A stretch of DNA of 63,953 nt, counting the filler, from Globobulimina sp. (lineage: Eukaryota), in assembly GCA_003354225.1 (NCBI GenBank). It is 28 parts of 28 records of this genome, joined end to end, with 100 filler letters (N's around TTAATTAATTAA, not from the genome) between each part and the next. Parts side by side here need not be neighbours in the genome. Positions count along the whole stretch, not along the records: positions 1 to 2,189 come from PIVH01008314.1; positions 2,290 to 4,478 come from PIVH01008315.1; positions 4,579 to 6,767 come from PIVH01008316.1; positions 6,868 to 9,056 come from PIVH01008317.1; positions 9,157 to 11,345 come from PIVH01008318.1; positions 11,446 to 13,634 come from PIVH01008319.1; 22 more parts are not named here. One strand, given 5' to 3'. The notes beneath the pieces are model-generated. The model was not told the origin of the DNA and searched no databases. It was given only the letters and a program-made list of their open reading frames with translations. The position numbers and the translations under genes are program-made. Of this stretch, positions 1 to 11,879 are shown piece after piece (position 1 is the first letter of the stretch; every line of letters starts with the position of its first letter).

Positions 1-1053
1 AACCAAGGAATATACATATTGTAATGAAGATTCATGACTTGTGTTAACGAAAACATTTGGTGGAGTATCAATTTTATTGGTTGTTTCTTGCAACTCGGAA
101 ATTTCTTTCACAGTTTCTTGTATAAAAAATTTATTGGGAGTACCAAATAATTCTATTATTCCATTATTGCTGCCGAAAACATTCAGGGAACTTGCAGCCA
201 TTGTATAAATAAAGATTTTCACGAAGTGTGTCCAAACCAAAAGCAAATTGAAGCAGCCAGCCATGTATTAACTTGCTATTAATTGATGAATTATGTGAAA
301 ATGGCATAATATTTGCCAGTGAAGTCTCGAGCTCAGAGCAAACTGTAGAAAAGATATTGAATGAATGAAACATCACTCAAACATGTAACCAATTTAAAAA
401 TATTGATGTTACAAATAGTAATCCTATTAATAGTTAGATGCAGAATTTAATTTTAATATTACAGTGATTTTTTACAATATAGTATGATGGTAAAAAAAAT
501 ATAATAACAAATATTCGTTATTTGGATTACTTTAATTATTTCTTGCTGTTATGGTATGTCAATGCATTTAAATTTTAATCGCAGGTTATTGTGTATATGA
601 TTTTGTATTTATTTTTTTCCGACGCGCGACGTACTATAAAAAGATAAAAATATAAATATCAATATTATATGTAAAATTACACAGAAAGATCTTGAATATT
701 CACAGAGCAAATGATTCAATACTTGTATATTTAATGCACAGCTCACATTGATGGCAGCGCGGTAACTCCATCTCGATATCGACTATGTAACATCAGAGAT
801 GAATTGTGAATGGAATCGGAGAATAAAAAACAAAATGATAATAATTATAAAGCTATACAATTTGCGTTTGTTCGTCTATAGCAAAGATTGTATGTATTTT
901 CCAATTTCTGTGAAATATATATATATATATATACTCCAATTTAACGGAATCTCCCTAGTCCAGTAAAACGTTTTTGAGTCAAACTCCCAACTCTCATACT
1001 TTGTAGATTGTACCCGTTGTACCCAACTTCATTAACGTTTATAATTGGCCATA

Positions 1054-2177
1054 ATGAGCTGGTATTTTGTTGATCCAGACGGTGGCACCAAAGGCCCAAT
1101 GGACATATCCCAATTGAAACCATTATATGGCACTGAAATAACCGAAACAACATATTTATGGAATGGCATCAATATTCAACAATGGACAGAATTAAATAAA
1201 ATCCCCTCACTCTATGCAGAATTGAGCGGAGAGATTCGAAATGCTGCGGTCAACGCAGATGGATTAACACCAGATGACATTGATGATATTTTGGATGAGA
1301 TTGATTCTCAAAATAAAAATAATATGTCAGCTGTATCCGACGAGAAAGAGGAGAATGAGATACAAAAAGAAAAAGAAAATTCCAAAAAACAAAGCAAACC
1401 AAGAAAAAGCAAACCAAAAACCAAAAATAATAAAATGTATTCCATAAATTGGCGAGAAATCTATTTACATCGGCAATCTATACTAAATCTAGTGCAATCT
1501 GGTGATATTGACATAGATGTTCAGAATCCTTCCGATGGCATGACATTGTTGATGCATTCCATCATCATCGGCGACTTCAATCTGTGCGTTATTATTATCA
1601 ATTATGGCGCCGACATATTCATACGAGATAACGACGGCGATGATGCCTTGGATTATGCGCTGGTCTTCCAACGATACAAAGTGACGCAATTATTGTTAGG
1701 TATGCCATTCATGCACAGTTTGAACCATTTGTATGCCCTCAATCATAATTATAAAATGTACAAAACACAAAAAAAGTGCTTGGCTTTCTGCGAAATAAAA
1801 ATGAAGGCATCGAAGAAGCGATTGCGTATAAAAACAAACAGGCGAAATATATGATGCAGCAGCAATTCGGCCGCCTAAAAGAGAAAATCATTCAATTTGT
1901 GACCAAAGCCATTCGGGAGAAGGAATGTTTTGACATCAATTTGTTATATTTTGCATGGTATTTTACCGTAAATATGAAAGAGTTTGGCCATGGCCATAGC
2001 AGTACGAGTCCATCGTCGACGGTCTCTCCGCAGTCCACTTCGCATTCATCGCGCAATAAACATAAGCATAGACATAAGAAGATGATAAAATATAACCCGT
2101 ATCAAGACCCATTGCAATCGAAATTATTCAAAATAATGATGAAGACTTATTGGGCGATTATAAGCACTAAATCCTAG
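1054..2177 (+). CDS. GYF-like domain + ankyrin repeat protein, two exons (intron 1700-1776)
   Basis: N-terminal WYFVD..GP....L...I...TYLW...W (GYF_2-like); ankyrin repeats DGMTLLMHS, DGDDALDYA; removing GT1700..AG1776 joins ORF 1045-1854 in frame to ORF 1776-2177. Confidence 0.75.
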
Positions 2178-2189
2178 GCCAACAAAGGA

Positions 2190-2289
2190 NNNNNNNNNNN
2201 NNNNNNNNNNNNNNNNNNNNNNNNNNNNNNNNNTTAATTAATTAANNNNNNNNNNNNNNNNNNNNNNNNNNNNNNNNNNNNNNNNNNNN
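2190..2289. other. Artificial contig-joining linker (first of 27, recurring about every 2288 nt up to ~61668-61767)
   Basis: N-run + TTAATTAATTAA (stops in all six frames) + N-run, identical each time; flanking contigs are all ~2187-2189 nt. Confidence 0.98.
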
Positions 2290-2320
<31 letters not shown>

Positions 2321-2652
2321 CTTTTTTTTTCTTTTTCTTTTTTTTTTTTATTTCTTTTTTTTTCTTCTTCTTTTTTAGTAATCCTTATTTATTCGGGCGC
2401 GTGTTTTCCTGTGTTTTGCTTTTTTTTTGCCCGACTTCAAAGTTGGCCATCAATGTGTGATTCTTTCGTGGAGATTTATATGTGTATTTGAATGTTATTT
2501 ATTATTTTCTATGTTTTCATCACATTTTTATTCGCTATCTCTGATAAAAAGTCTTTGCGTTTAGTTAGCACATATATAACAACTAAAAACATCCAATCAC
2601 ATATATATATATTCGTATTAATTTGGAATTTGGATGATAATCTTAATGAATA

Positions 2653-4317
2653 TTACCCTTGACATTTTGCAAAGTTATTGATGATGGATTGATAATTATT
2701 AACCTGATCAGTTGACAAATTAAACCACGTATTATTAGCTCCCCAAAAATCTTGATCCAAATTGTAAAATTCACCCTGTCCTTCGGCTTGATCTGCTGGA
2801 CATTGCACTTCATTTTTTCCAGCATCAAAACATGTAAATGTACAATAAATTGTACCATTGTCAGCATTCGCAGGTATAGACCGTACACATTTATATGTAT
2901 TATTCCATTGGTCGCATACAGCCGACACAAATCCGGGTATTGCACATGAACAATTTTGATAGCCCCAATCTGAATTTCCCTGTTCGCCATAATATTCCAC
3001 AAAAAATTGTTGATCATTTGTATTGTATGAAGAGTTTGATTGCCATTCATCCTCAAACAATATGGGCAATAACGACAATCCGTCCATGTCCTGTGGTACT
3101 GCGCCCGTTGCAAGTTCTGCGATGGTTGCTGCGATATCTATGGATACGGCAATAGAATCCGTTGATTGCCCTCTAGGCACACCTGGGCCCATAATGGCCA
3201 TTGGAACTCTCAGATCTGTTTCATATAACTGTCTTTTATCAAAATGCATTCCAAATTCACCCAAATGGAAGCCGTGGTCACTGAAATAAATCCAATATGT
3301 CACATTTAGTAAACCCATTCGATCCACTTTGTTATAAACATCTTGAATCATATCATCAACACTTCTGAGTGCACCATGTCTATATCTATAAATAGCATCA
3401 GATTGATTTATTTTCAATTGTGACATTGCTGGTACTTCTCGTATTAATTGGTGGTGATCAGATACATCAGTCCCAGTTAAATCCCATGTCACTGTTCTTG
3501 GCGCAATCTCTCCTGACTCAGTATTGCTTTATTTTACATATTTTATTAATTATATATTTAATTGAATTTATATGTACAGTGTATTCATACTTATATTGAG
3601 GAGCGGGAGTAAATGGATCATGACAAGTTGGAGGAGATAATACCATTAAAAATGGCATATCAATGGGTTGATTATCTAAAAATTTAAGTGCACGGCGAAG
3701 TACATTATCAGGCAAATAATCGGTTGTATAATTTGAGCCAAAAGAGAAAGTTTCTCCATTATCACTAAGATCATAATTATAATATCTTGAATTTCCCTGT
3801 AATGTGTACCATTCGCTCCATCCTGGCGGGACATGGGATAAACCACCACAGCAATTATGCCCATACTGATTAAGGTATTTTCCAGCATAAACTGTATAAT
3901 TATTTGAAATGAAATGGAATGGATATATATAATTCATATCATACGTGTACGATATCCAGCATTTTGAGCCTGTACCGCATATGTTCTTTTTTCGACATTA
4001 TCGTTCCATGTTTGTGTGTTTTGACATCCTCCGGGTGCTGAATTATTAAATGTGTAGGTATTATGGACATATCTTCCGGATAACATTGAAGCTCTCGAAA
4101 CACAGCAAACCGGAGATGATACGAAAGCATTTCGAAATACTAAGCCTTGATCATATAATATCTTTTTTGTTTCCTTCATGGATTCTAATCCATTTAAAAT
4201 GACATCTTGATCATCAGTTAGTATCCAGATAATGTTTGGTTTACGATCCAATGGAGGACCATTTCCTGATAACACAATGCTCACAAATCCATACAATGCA
4301 AGCAATACAAAGTACAT
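2653..4317 (-). CDS. Secreted sulfatase, N-acetylglucosamine-6-sulfatase (GNS)-like; introns 3892-3944 and 3527-3590; a further 3' exon is possible
   Basis: Signal peptide, PNIIWILTDDQD, SSPVCCVSRASMLSGRY, YAGKYLNQY, SDHGFHLGE, DKRQLYETDLRVP; both introns are GT-AG and restore the frame. Confidence 0.9.
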
Positions 4318-4888
4318 TCGATAGACGCTAATTTAAGAGGACTTACTAGTTGTTTTTTTAGGAAAAGCAATAAATTAATTTCAAGAAACAATATGCAAAA
4401 AAATACAAAAATGAGGAAGGAAAATAGGTTAATAATAAAATGTTAATGGTTCCCGATGAAACACAACCTTTAAGAATTNNNNNNNNNNNNNNNNNNNNNN
4501 NNNNNNNNNNNNNNNNNNNNNNTTAATTAATTAANNNNNNNNNNNNNNNNNNNNNNNNNNNNNNNNNNNNNNNNNNNNGATAAAGCTCACAAATACTACG
4601 CGGCGTTTATCAAATAGTACATTGTCGATTAAATTTTTATTCAATGCGTTATATTTCAAAATAAATTCTTCTTTTGTCGCTTTTTTGTATTGTAATAATT
4701 GTTTAGATCTGCTGGTATTTGCATCGATACAGAGCCTTATTTAAATGTCAGAGTATGTAGATTTAATATTTGTAGCATGCGGACAAATAATAAACGTAAC
4801 GTGTTTCCCATGATGTTGTTGGAAGATAAAAGATATTTTTTTTAAACTTTTTGTTGTGTAGAAAAGAGAAAATTCACTCCCACAAAAA

Positions 4889-5503
4889 TTAGTGTTTCCG
4901 ATATCGATCATAGTTATTGTTATGATATCTTTTGTTTCTTTGATTTGAATAGTTTTGATTACAATTTTCTGAGTTATTATTTTGAAACAACACATTTTCT
5001 GAGTTACCATGATGGCAGCAATTAAAACAACATATTGGTTGCTTACAAGTTTTACATCCAAAACGCTGTGAACATGATCCAACAGCTCGATTATTAACAA
5101 ATTTCTGGTGTTGGCAAAACATGGCGTTGCAATTTTTACATTTACCATGCTTATCACAAATTGTTTTTGAATGACCACTGCATTTTCCACCATTTATTCC
5201 ATCCATAAACATATTGTGACAGATGACTCTTTCCCAAAAACTCCCCATCATCACAGAACAGGCACATTTTATCAATTTTTGGCTACATTGCCAACAAAAT
5301 AAATATGAATCATGATTGTAATATCTCTCATTTAATATGGGGTCAAATGAATATTTATTATCATTCTTTTCTAATGATTTGTGTGCATTCAATATCAAAA
5401 TTGCTGTTTTACACATTCTATTTTTACATTCTTCAATTTTGCCTGTGGCAAATAGTGCGATTAAAATCAAGATATTCTTTTCTGGCACGTTTGATGTTGA
5501 CAA
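4889..5503 (-). CDS. Hypothetical Cys-rich (possible zinc-binding) protein
   Basis: 204-aa ORF with several CxxC pairs and an Asn-rich tail; no family recognised. Confidence 0.5.
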   Translation of the reverse strand: MSTSNVPEKNILILIALFATGKIEECKNRMCKTAILILNAHKSLEKNDNKYSFDPILNERYYNHDSYLFCWQCSQKLIKCACSVMMGSFWERVICHNMFMDGINGGKCSGHSKTICDKHGKCKNCNAMFCQHQKFVNNRAVGSCSQRFGCKTCKQPICCFNCCHHGNSENVLFQNNNSENCNQNYSNQRNKRYHNNNYDRYRKH

Positions 5504-6199
5504 TAATATTTTGTATATATTTTCGCATTGCTTATAATCTTTGGGGTCTTTGAAATATTCTGTTATTTTTGCCTGTACAAAATAAACATATTACAACATA
5601 TTTTAGCATGCAAGAAACAACCTAAACATAGTAAACTAACAGTGTTGTCCATGGTGCTTAGTAGTACAGTTTTGGATAATAATTACTTGGCAAGAGTGCA
5701 AAATCGTAATCGCATCATTTCTCAAAAACGTATAATCCAATATGTTTACATTACAAGATTACATTACAAGATTGCAAGATTTATTAATTAATTATTTAAT
5801 TGCTGTGTGGACGATGGTATTAATTGACAAAATAAATACAAAACAAATTACAAACAATCAACACAAATATTAATAATACAAACAAAGAGAATTATTAATT
5901 ATAATTATAATATGTACGGACAACATTAATATGTTGTGAGTCTTCATTCAAATGGTTACACTTTTAATTGTATATTGGTTCCTGAATCCTGATGCGTTGA
6001 AAGGTTGAAACAAAATTCTTTTGCAACATGGAGAATGTTAAAATGTTCAGACTTCAGATCCTCGCAGTTTGACTCAAAATTTATTTTTGTGAATGAATGT
6101 TATATTCCCAATATATTTATAGGTTTTATATTTTTATGAATTTCAACAAATGTATATTGTCAGAGCAAAACCCTTTTGGTGCATGAAAAGTTATGCAAA

Positions 6200-6767
6200 C
6201 TACTTTAACGTTTGTAATTTTATTAGACACCACATACTGGAATATTGTTTATAATATTTCAAGTCAGTTGCCTCAAACAACAACATTTGCTCTGATAATC
6301 TGTTTTTATTGTTGTTACCTCTCCATTTTTGCAATATGGATAAAATGAGTGAATTATTAATGAATAACTGTCTCTTTTCAAATTTTGTTGATAATAACCA
6401 TTCTATATTTTGTATTGCTTTATCACCTAAAAATTGTTGCAAATCGATTGAATTTAACCATTTATTATTTACATTTTGATTGATTTTATAATTACTATTT
6501 ATTAAATATACATTGATCATTTTAAAACTTCTATTTCGAAACAAACAATGACAATCACTCCAATCCATTCTTATCATATTATCCAATCCGCCATCATTAC
6601 TATTTATTGTTGGAACATCAGTGATAATAATAATTGATTTCTCCTTCTCTTCCTCCATTAACATCTTTTTCTTTTCGATTAACTCAATGCAAATCGATAT
6701 ATATCCTAACAAAATCTTATAATTATTTCTTTTTCTGCCAATTGTTAATATATTTGCATTAATTGAT
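6200..6767 (-). CDS. Hypothetical protein, 3' part (5' end beyond contig edge)
   Basis: Open frame of at least 170 aa near the linker; no family recognised. Confidence 0.45.
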
Positions 6768-6867
6768 NNNNNNNNNNNNNNNNNNNNNNNNNNNNNNNNN
6801 NNNNNNNNNNNTTAATTAATTAANNNNNNNNNNNNNNNNNNNNNNNNNNNNNNNNNNNNNNNNNNNN

Positions 6868-8245
6868 TAATACATAAATATTGTTCATCTGAATGTGAAC
6901 CAAGACATTGTTGATAAATAACATCGCACGAACCGCTCTGTATACTTTGTTTAACATTCCACGCATTATACGCTGCATCATATACTGCCCAATTACCTGA
7001 ACAGTCCATAATATCATCAAACTCATCACAAACAGCACCACTATAATTTCTATTGTAATCGATATCAATTCGCCACGAATTACCGTCACAAAAATAATGC
7101 AGTGTCAGATTCCCGCCATGTGTCAAATTATTTGCATAGTAATCATCATATTGAGTGTGGTTATAGGAATGCATTAATTCTACACATGTGTCATACTCAT
7201 AAATGCCAACCATTAATTCAAATTCATCTCTGCCAATTCCACCATAGATACAAAATGTATCATGTTTCGTATCTGTACAGGCTGTCATTATAAAAGGTAT
7301 AATTATATCATTTATATGCGTGTTTGTACTGTACAGATACGGTCAGAAACAAGAAATTGTTTTATATTATGAGCAAACTAAACTATTGCATAAACCAGAG
7401 ATGACTGCAGAATCTTTGACAGTGTCCTCTCCGTCCCATATATACCAATTATTTGAACACATTTTAAGATCATTATATGAACAAAAAGCAAAGTGACTCC
7501 ACGCGACTACATTTACAGCAGAACTCATATACCATGCATTCATCTCGTTGTCCCATGAGATTACCTGACCATTACTTGTATAATATGCCTTTTCCTCTGA
7601 ACACCCACTCACTGAAAAAGAGCCACTAATTCCAACATTAACACTGCGATGATGTGTGTTACGGATACAAAAGTCTTGCTCATTGTGGTTGCCTTTGCCA
7701 AATGTATGGTTATATTGTGCTAAACATTGGGTATTGTCATAGGTGCATGGTACGATACTCATACTATAGTCGGTTTGCGTCGATGTTCCATCAAATCTCG
7801 ACCATGTGTTTACTGTGCAAGCATCTAACGAAGAGTGCAAGCAATATGCCCAATAATCGGTTGATGAGAGACTTGAGCCAATGTACCATTTATTTAACCC
7901 ATCATCCCAATGAATATATACATTATTCTCAAACGTTTCTGGTAATTGTGTATTCTCAAAACTATTATGCCGTATTCTTACAATTAATTTGCAACACACA
8001 AGGTATAGATAACAAAAACTAAACTATTTGCAACCTTCATCCATTCCTTTGTATTGGTAACGTGCTCCAATAAATGATGCATATTCGTTTGGTGATAATC
8101 CAATGAGACAATAAGAATTATAATTTGCACAGCTTGTGTACATATCTGTGGTTGACGGACCGCCGGGACCGGTGGTTGGTTCTTTGGTCGGCGTCACTGA
8201 TGCGAGTGATGGGATAATCCATATTATTAATAAAATTAATAACTA
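6868..8245 (-). CDS. Secreted Cys/Trp-rich repeat protein, multi-exon, 3' truncated
   Basis: Signal-like LLILLIIWIIPSLA then TPTKEPTT; repeated module (W..W.I/M...A.C....L..C...W..FDG) in ORFs 7367-7999 and 6812-7288; start codon not located. Confidence 0.65.
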
Positions 8246-9056
8246 TGTTTGTTAATAATTCCGTTTATTACGAATAAATCGGAAAAATTGTACGCGATAT
8301 AGACAAGATAGAATATTGAGCGATTTTGCTTTTGGTGTTTGGTTTTGTGGTGATATTTGATGACAAAATAAATTTTGATGTTTGTAGGGAAAGTAAGGAA
8401 ACTAAAATTAAATTAAATAAAGAATAACACTGTGTAGGGCCAGAGAATTATTGTGTTAAGCACCCTCTGCCATCAATAATCCCCAGTCAATGAATGAACA
8501 CAGAAAAGTTTTTGATGATAGAAACGAAAAACACTCAAAGCACTAACACAAAACACAAAAATTAAAAATATAAAATTAAAACTGAAATATCCATAAAATT
8601 CCATTCCAAAATAGCGACAAACAATTTCACTTTTAAAAAGTATGGATATCGCTCAAGAACCTTCAACACAAATGGTAAATTTCAATGGAAGGAACTTGGC
8701 AAATTGTTGAAACTTGGAGAGAAATAATAATCTGATCCCAAGGACGAATAATAATAAAATAAAATGTTAGAATAATATGATATTTGCTAAGTGAAACAAT
8801 AAATCCATATCAGGAGCTTGAATGTAACTTGTACTGTACTCACGATCCAATCTGGAATTTTGGATATGTGAGTTTGATACACCAATTATCTGAATACAAT
8901 AACCCATTCTTCTCCACTTAATTCCGTCGAGCCTGTCACAGCCAAAGCTGAGGAAATAATTAATAACTATGTTTGTTAATAATTCCGTTTATTACGAATA
9001 AATCGGAAAAATTGTACGCGATATAGACAAGATAGAATATTGAGCGATTTTGCTTT
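8234..9056 (+). repeat. 99-bp exact direct repeat (8234-8332 and 8958-9056)
   Basis: aattaataactatgtttg...gagcgattttgcttt occurs twice; the second copy ends at the contig edge. Confidence 0.9.
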
Positions 9057-9157
9057 NNNNNNNNNNNNNNNNNNNNNNNNNNNNNNNNNNNNNNNNNNNN
9101 TTAATTAATTAANNNNNNNNNNNNNNNNNNNNNNNNNNNNNNNNNNNNNNNNNNNNT

Positions 9158-9510
9158 TATCGTGAAAAGGCGCGGAGGGTATTACTGCTCTATAATCCAC
9201 CATGGCCATCTCACCAACGATTACTGTCTGATTTGCTGAATGTTTATTGTTTGGCAAAGCTGCAGGTAGCGGTTCATCATCATTATCCAACAAATATTGT
9301 ATGGCATCATTTAAGTTCCCGTTTCTTGCTCTCAATGCTTCCATATTTTTTGCTTCGTTTGTAAATCCCATACATTGTAATGCCATTTGGTGTTCCTTTA
9401 TTTTACATCAACATGTTTTATTTATAAAATACCAACCCATACATTGTCATATGCATAAAATATGGAACCTGATAGTTTTGGCGATTTTTGTTGCTGCTAC
9501 AAGTTCCCAT
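9158..9510 (-). CDS. Probably N-acylated UBA-domain protein (intron 9396-9468), 3' truncated
   Basis: Exon 1 MGTCSSNKNRQNYQ splices in frame to EHQMALQCMGFTNEAKNMEALRARNGNLNDAIQYLL (UBA MGF motif). Confidence 0.75.
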
Positions 9511-9562
9511 TATTATTATTAGTGTACTTCGAATTTCGAAACTAAAACTACTATAAAGTTTA

Positions 9563-10579
9563 ATGGCAACTGTTAACAAAAGTAGTAGTGATTCGAAAGT
9601 ATCATTATTAGGCACAAAATATGAAGTAAAATGCTCAGAAACATATGCATATTACGAAGGATATGTGTGTGATTATGACGAGTATTTGCAACGATTAAAG
9701 GTTGCATATACATGGAAAGCTGATGAATATGTTGACATTTCATGGGTGAGGCCACCTGCATGGTCAGCTCATCCCAATTGGAAACCAAAAAAAGGTGATA
9801 CAATTGAAGCTAAAGCAAAGGCAGAACAGGATGAACCATACGGATGGTGGAGAGTCACCGTTAACGAAGTAAGAGATAATCGTTATAAAATTGGCTATGA
9901 AGGCTGGGAAAATCATCATGAAGTACTCCAGCTATCCATGTTAAGACCAAACAATGATGAACCACCATTGACAGCTAATGGAATAATTCGCACTTTTTAT
10001 GATATATCGCCAGAAATAAGTCTACATTTTGCAATTGGTTCTGTGAATGAAGCGACAAGGTATACATTGCAAAGCATTGCGCACCAAACAAAGCTAATAC
10101 ATTTAAATTACAGTGCGGATCAAAAATTAATATTAATTGGCACACGAGGGGCTGTTGCAGACGCCACAAAAATACTGAATCGGTCTTTTGATGATAAATG
10201 TAATCAATGTGGAAAATTGCAAAAAGAAATGAAAATACAAAGCGAAAAGGTCGATGAGTTAATGGAGAAAAACGAGGAATTGAACAAGAAAATAATGTTA
10301 TTTGAGGGAGCTCGATATTTGGTCGACCGATTGAATATGGATGAAATGGACGCATTGGAGTCTAAATTGTTTGATGCAATGCACAAAGTGCAACAAGCGA
10401 AGAAAAGATTGCTTGGAAATAAATATAAATGTGTAGTTTGTCGAGAAAATGCAAAGAATGTTTTGATCGTTGCCTGTAAACATGTTTGTTTGTGCTTTGA
10501 GTGTGAACAGAAATTGCAACGAAAGAATTGTCCAATTTGTAGAACACCATATCGAAAGATTGTTAAATTGAAATTTTAA
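9563..10579 (+). CDS. Tandem Agenet/Tudor + KH0-like (FMR1/FXR N-terminus-like) + coiled coil + C3HC4 RING protein
   Basis: EVK...YYEGYV.D...VRPP and GDTIEAKAKAEQDEPYGWWRVTV..LRP match the FMRP Agenet pattern; C-terminal CVVC..ACKHVCLCFEC..CPICR. Confidence 0.8.
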   Translation: MATVNKSSSDSKVSLLGTKYEVKCSETYAYYEGYVCDYDEYLQRLKVAYTWKADEYVDISWVRPPAWSAHPNWKPKKGDTIEAKAKAEQDEPYGWWRVTVNEVRDNRYKIGYEGWENHHEVLQLSMLRPNNDEPPLTANGIIRTFYDISPEISLHFAIGSVNEATRYTLQSIAHQTKLIHLNYSADQKLILIGTRGAVADATKILNRSFDDKCNQCGKLQKEMKIQSEKVDELMEKNEELNKKIMLFEGARYLVDRLNMDEMDALESKLFDAMHKVQQAKKRLLGNKYKCVVCRENAKNVLIVACKHVCLCFECEQKLQRKNCPICRTPYRKIVKLKF

Positions 10580-11446
10580 ATAATTAGTATCCCTTTATGT
10601 ATTTTTTTTCGTTTGTTATGTTCCATTTTATCCTGTGATTGTTTGAATTATTTGATTAGTATGCAACAACTATGTGTTATTATATGTGTGTGTTTCACTC
10701 ACATATTTAGTAAATCCACTGTGGATAAGTAGTAACGTGAATTATTGTGTGTATTTAATTAAATTAAAATCTTGTAGTCATAGGCCAATATAGGCTTGGA
10801 ACATTGTTATAATAATAATATTTTGCGTGAATCTATATCGATCTGTAATATATTTAATGAACGACATTTATACGAAATATTCAACAAATATTGCTACGAA
10901 ATATAAAAAAAAACTACATTCAACAAATTGCTACGCATTCAATAGCAATTTCACAGCTTTGTGAGTGCAACGACATAACACGAAATCCAGAAACTTTACT
11001 TTGTGAGAAATACTCTTCTTCAAAAACATTATAATTTGATTTCTTCAAAACACTAAGAAATCAATTTCTGAACGTGAGAAATACGCATTTCCCTCAACTG
11101 CTATGTATAATCATGTAGCGGACCTACAAAATGTATTAAAATTTTCAAACAGCACAAAAACACTATAATTTGAAATTAAAATTCACATTACCAAACATTC
11201 TTGGTCACCGTCACCGGTTGGTACATGTGGTTGTATCGGTCCATTTGGTTCATTTGGCTGTTGCAATAATGGTGGTTGAACAGCTACTGGTGTTGGATAA
11301 TGATGTCCATTAACTGGTGTTGGATAATAATCAGAATTCTGATTANNNNNNNNNNNNNNNNNNNNNNNNNNNNNNNNNNNNNNNNNNNNTTAATTAATTA
11401 ANNNNNNNNNNNNNNNNNNNNNNNNNNNNNNNNNNNNNNNNNNNNT

Positions 11447-11605
11447 TTATATAGTCAATTTGTGATTTTCTGTGAAGAACATAATCTGGGTTATTTCGAC
11501 GTTTTTCACCAACTTCGAACAAACCACTTCGTCAAAGGCGACATTCATTTAAATGGTAGTGGAAAAGCTGTGTTTCAACAATTATTAATTAACAATTTTT
11601 TGTAA
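11447..11605 (+). CDS. C-terminal fragment of an SGNH/GDSL-type hydrolase
   Basis: Manual translation LYSQFVIFCEEHNLGYFDVFHQLRTNHFVKGDIHLNGSGKAVFQQLLINNFL*; GDIHLN..G resembles SGNH block V. Confidence 0.55.
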   Translation, partial: LYSQFVIFCEEHNLGYFDVFHQLRTNHFVKGDIHLNGSGKAVFQQLLINNFL

Positions 11606-11879
11606 CTGCGCCATTCTATCATCATTTACCATTCTACATCTTTACCGTAATTACGTCTATATAACCGTTACTTTTTACTATTACTGTGTATTTTTACGCT
11701 ATCTATAGTTCTGAATTAATAATTATTCATATAATATGATTGTTTTAGAATATAAATAACATTTTTACCCAGCCTCGACCAGTCATCTTTCCAATGCTTT
11801 TTAACCACCGACTATCGAATTTATTTTTGGCAAAACTTTTCAGTCAGTCTTCTGTTTAACACACTACTATTCGGTAACC

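Noticed and set aside
164-376. 70-aa minus-strand ORF
   Set aside because: No recognisable motif; may be a small exon but cannot be supported
2234-2245. TTAATTAATTAA recurring every ~2288 nt as a biological periodic repeat or array
   Set aside because: Always embedded in N-runs; it is a six-frame stop linker added during concatenation
2290-2375. Poly-T tract as a retroposed poly(A) tail
   Set aside because: At the contig edge and degrading in quality; cannot be told apart from a low-complexity assembly end
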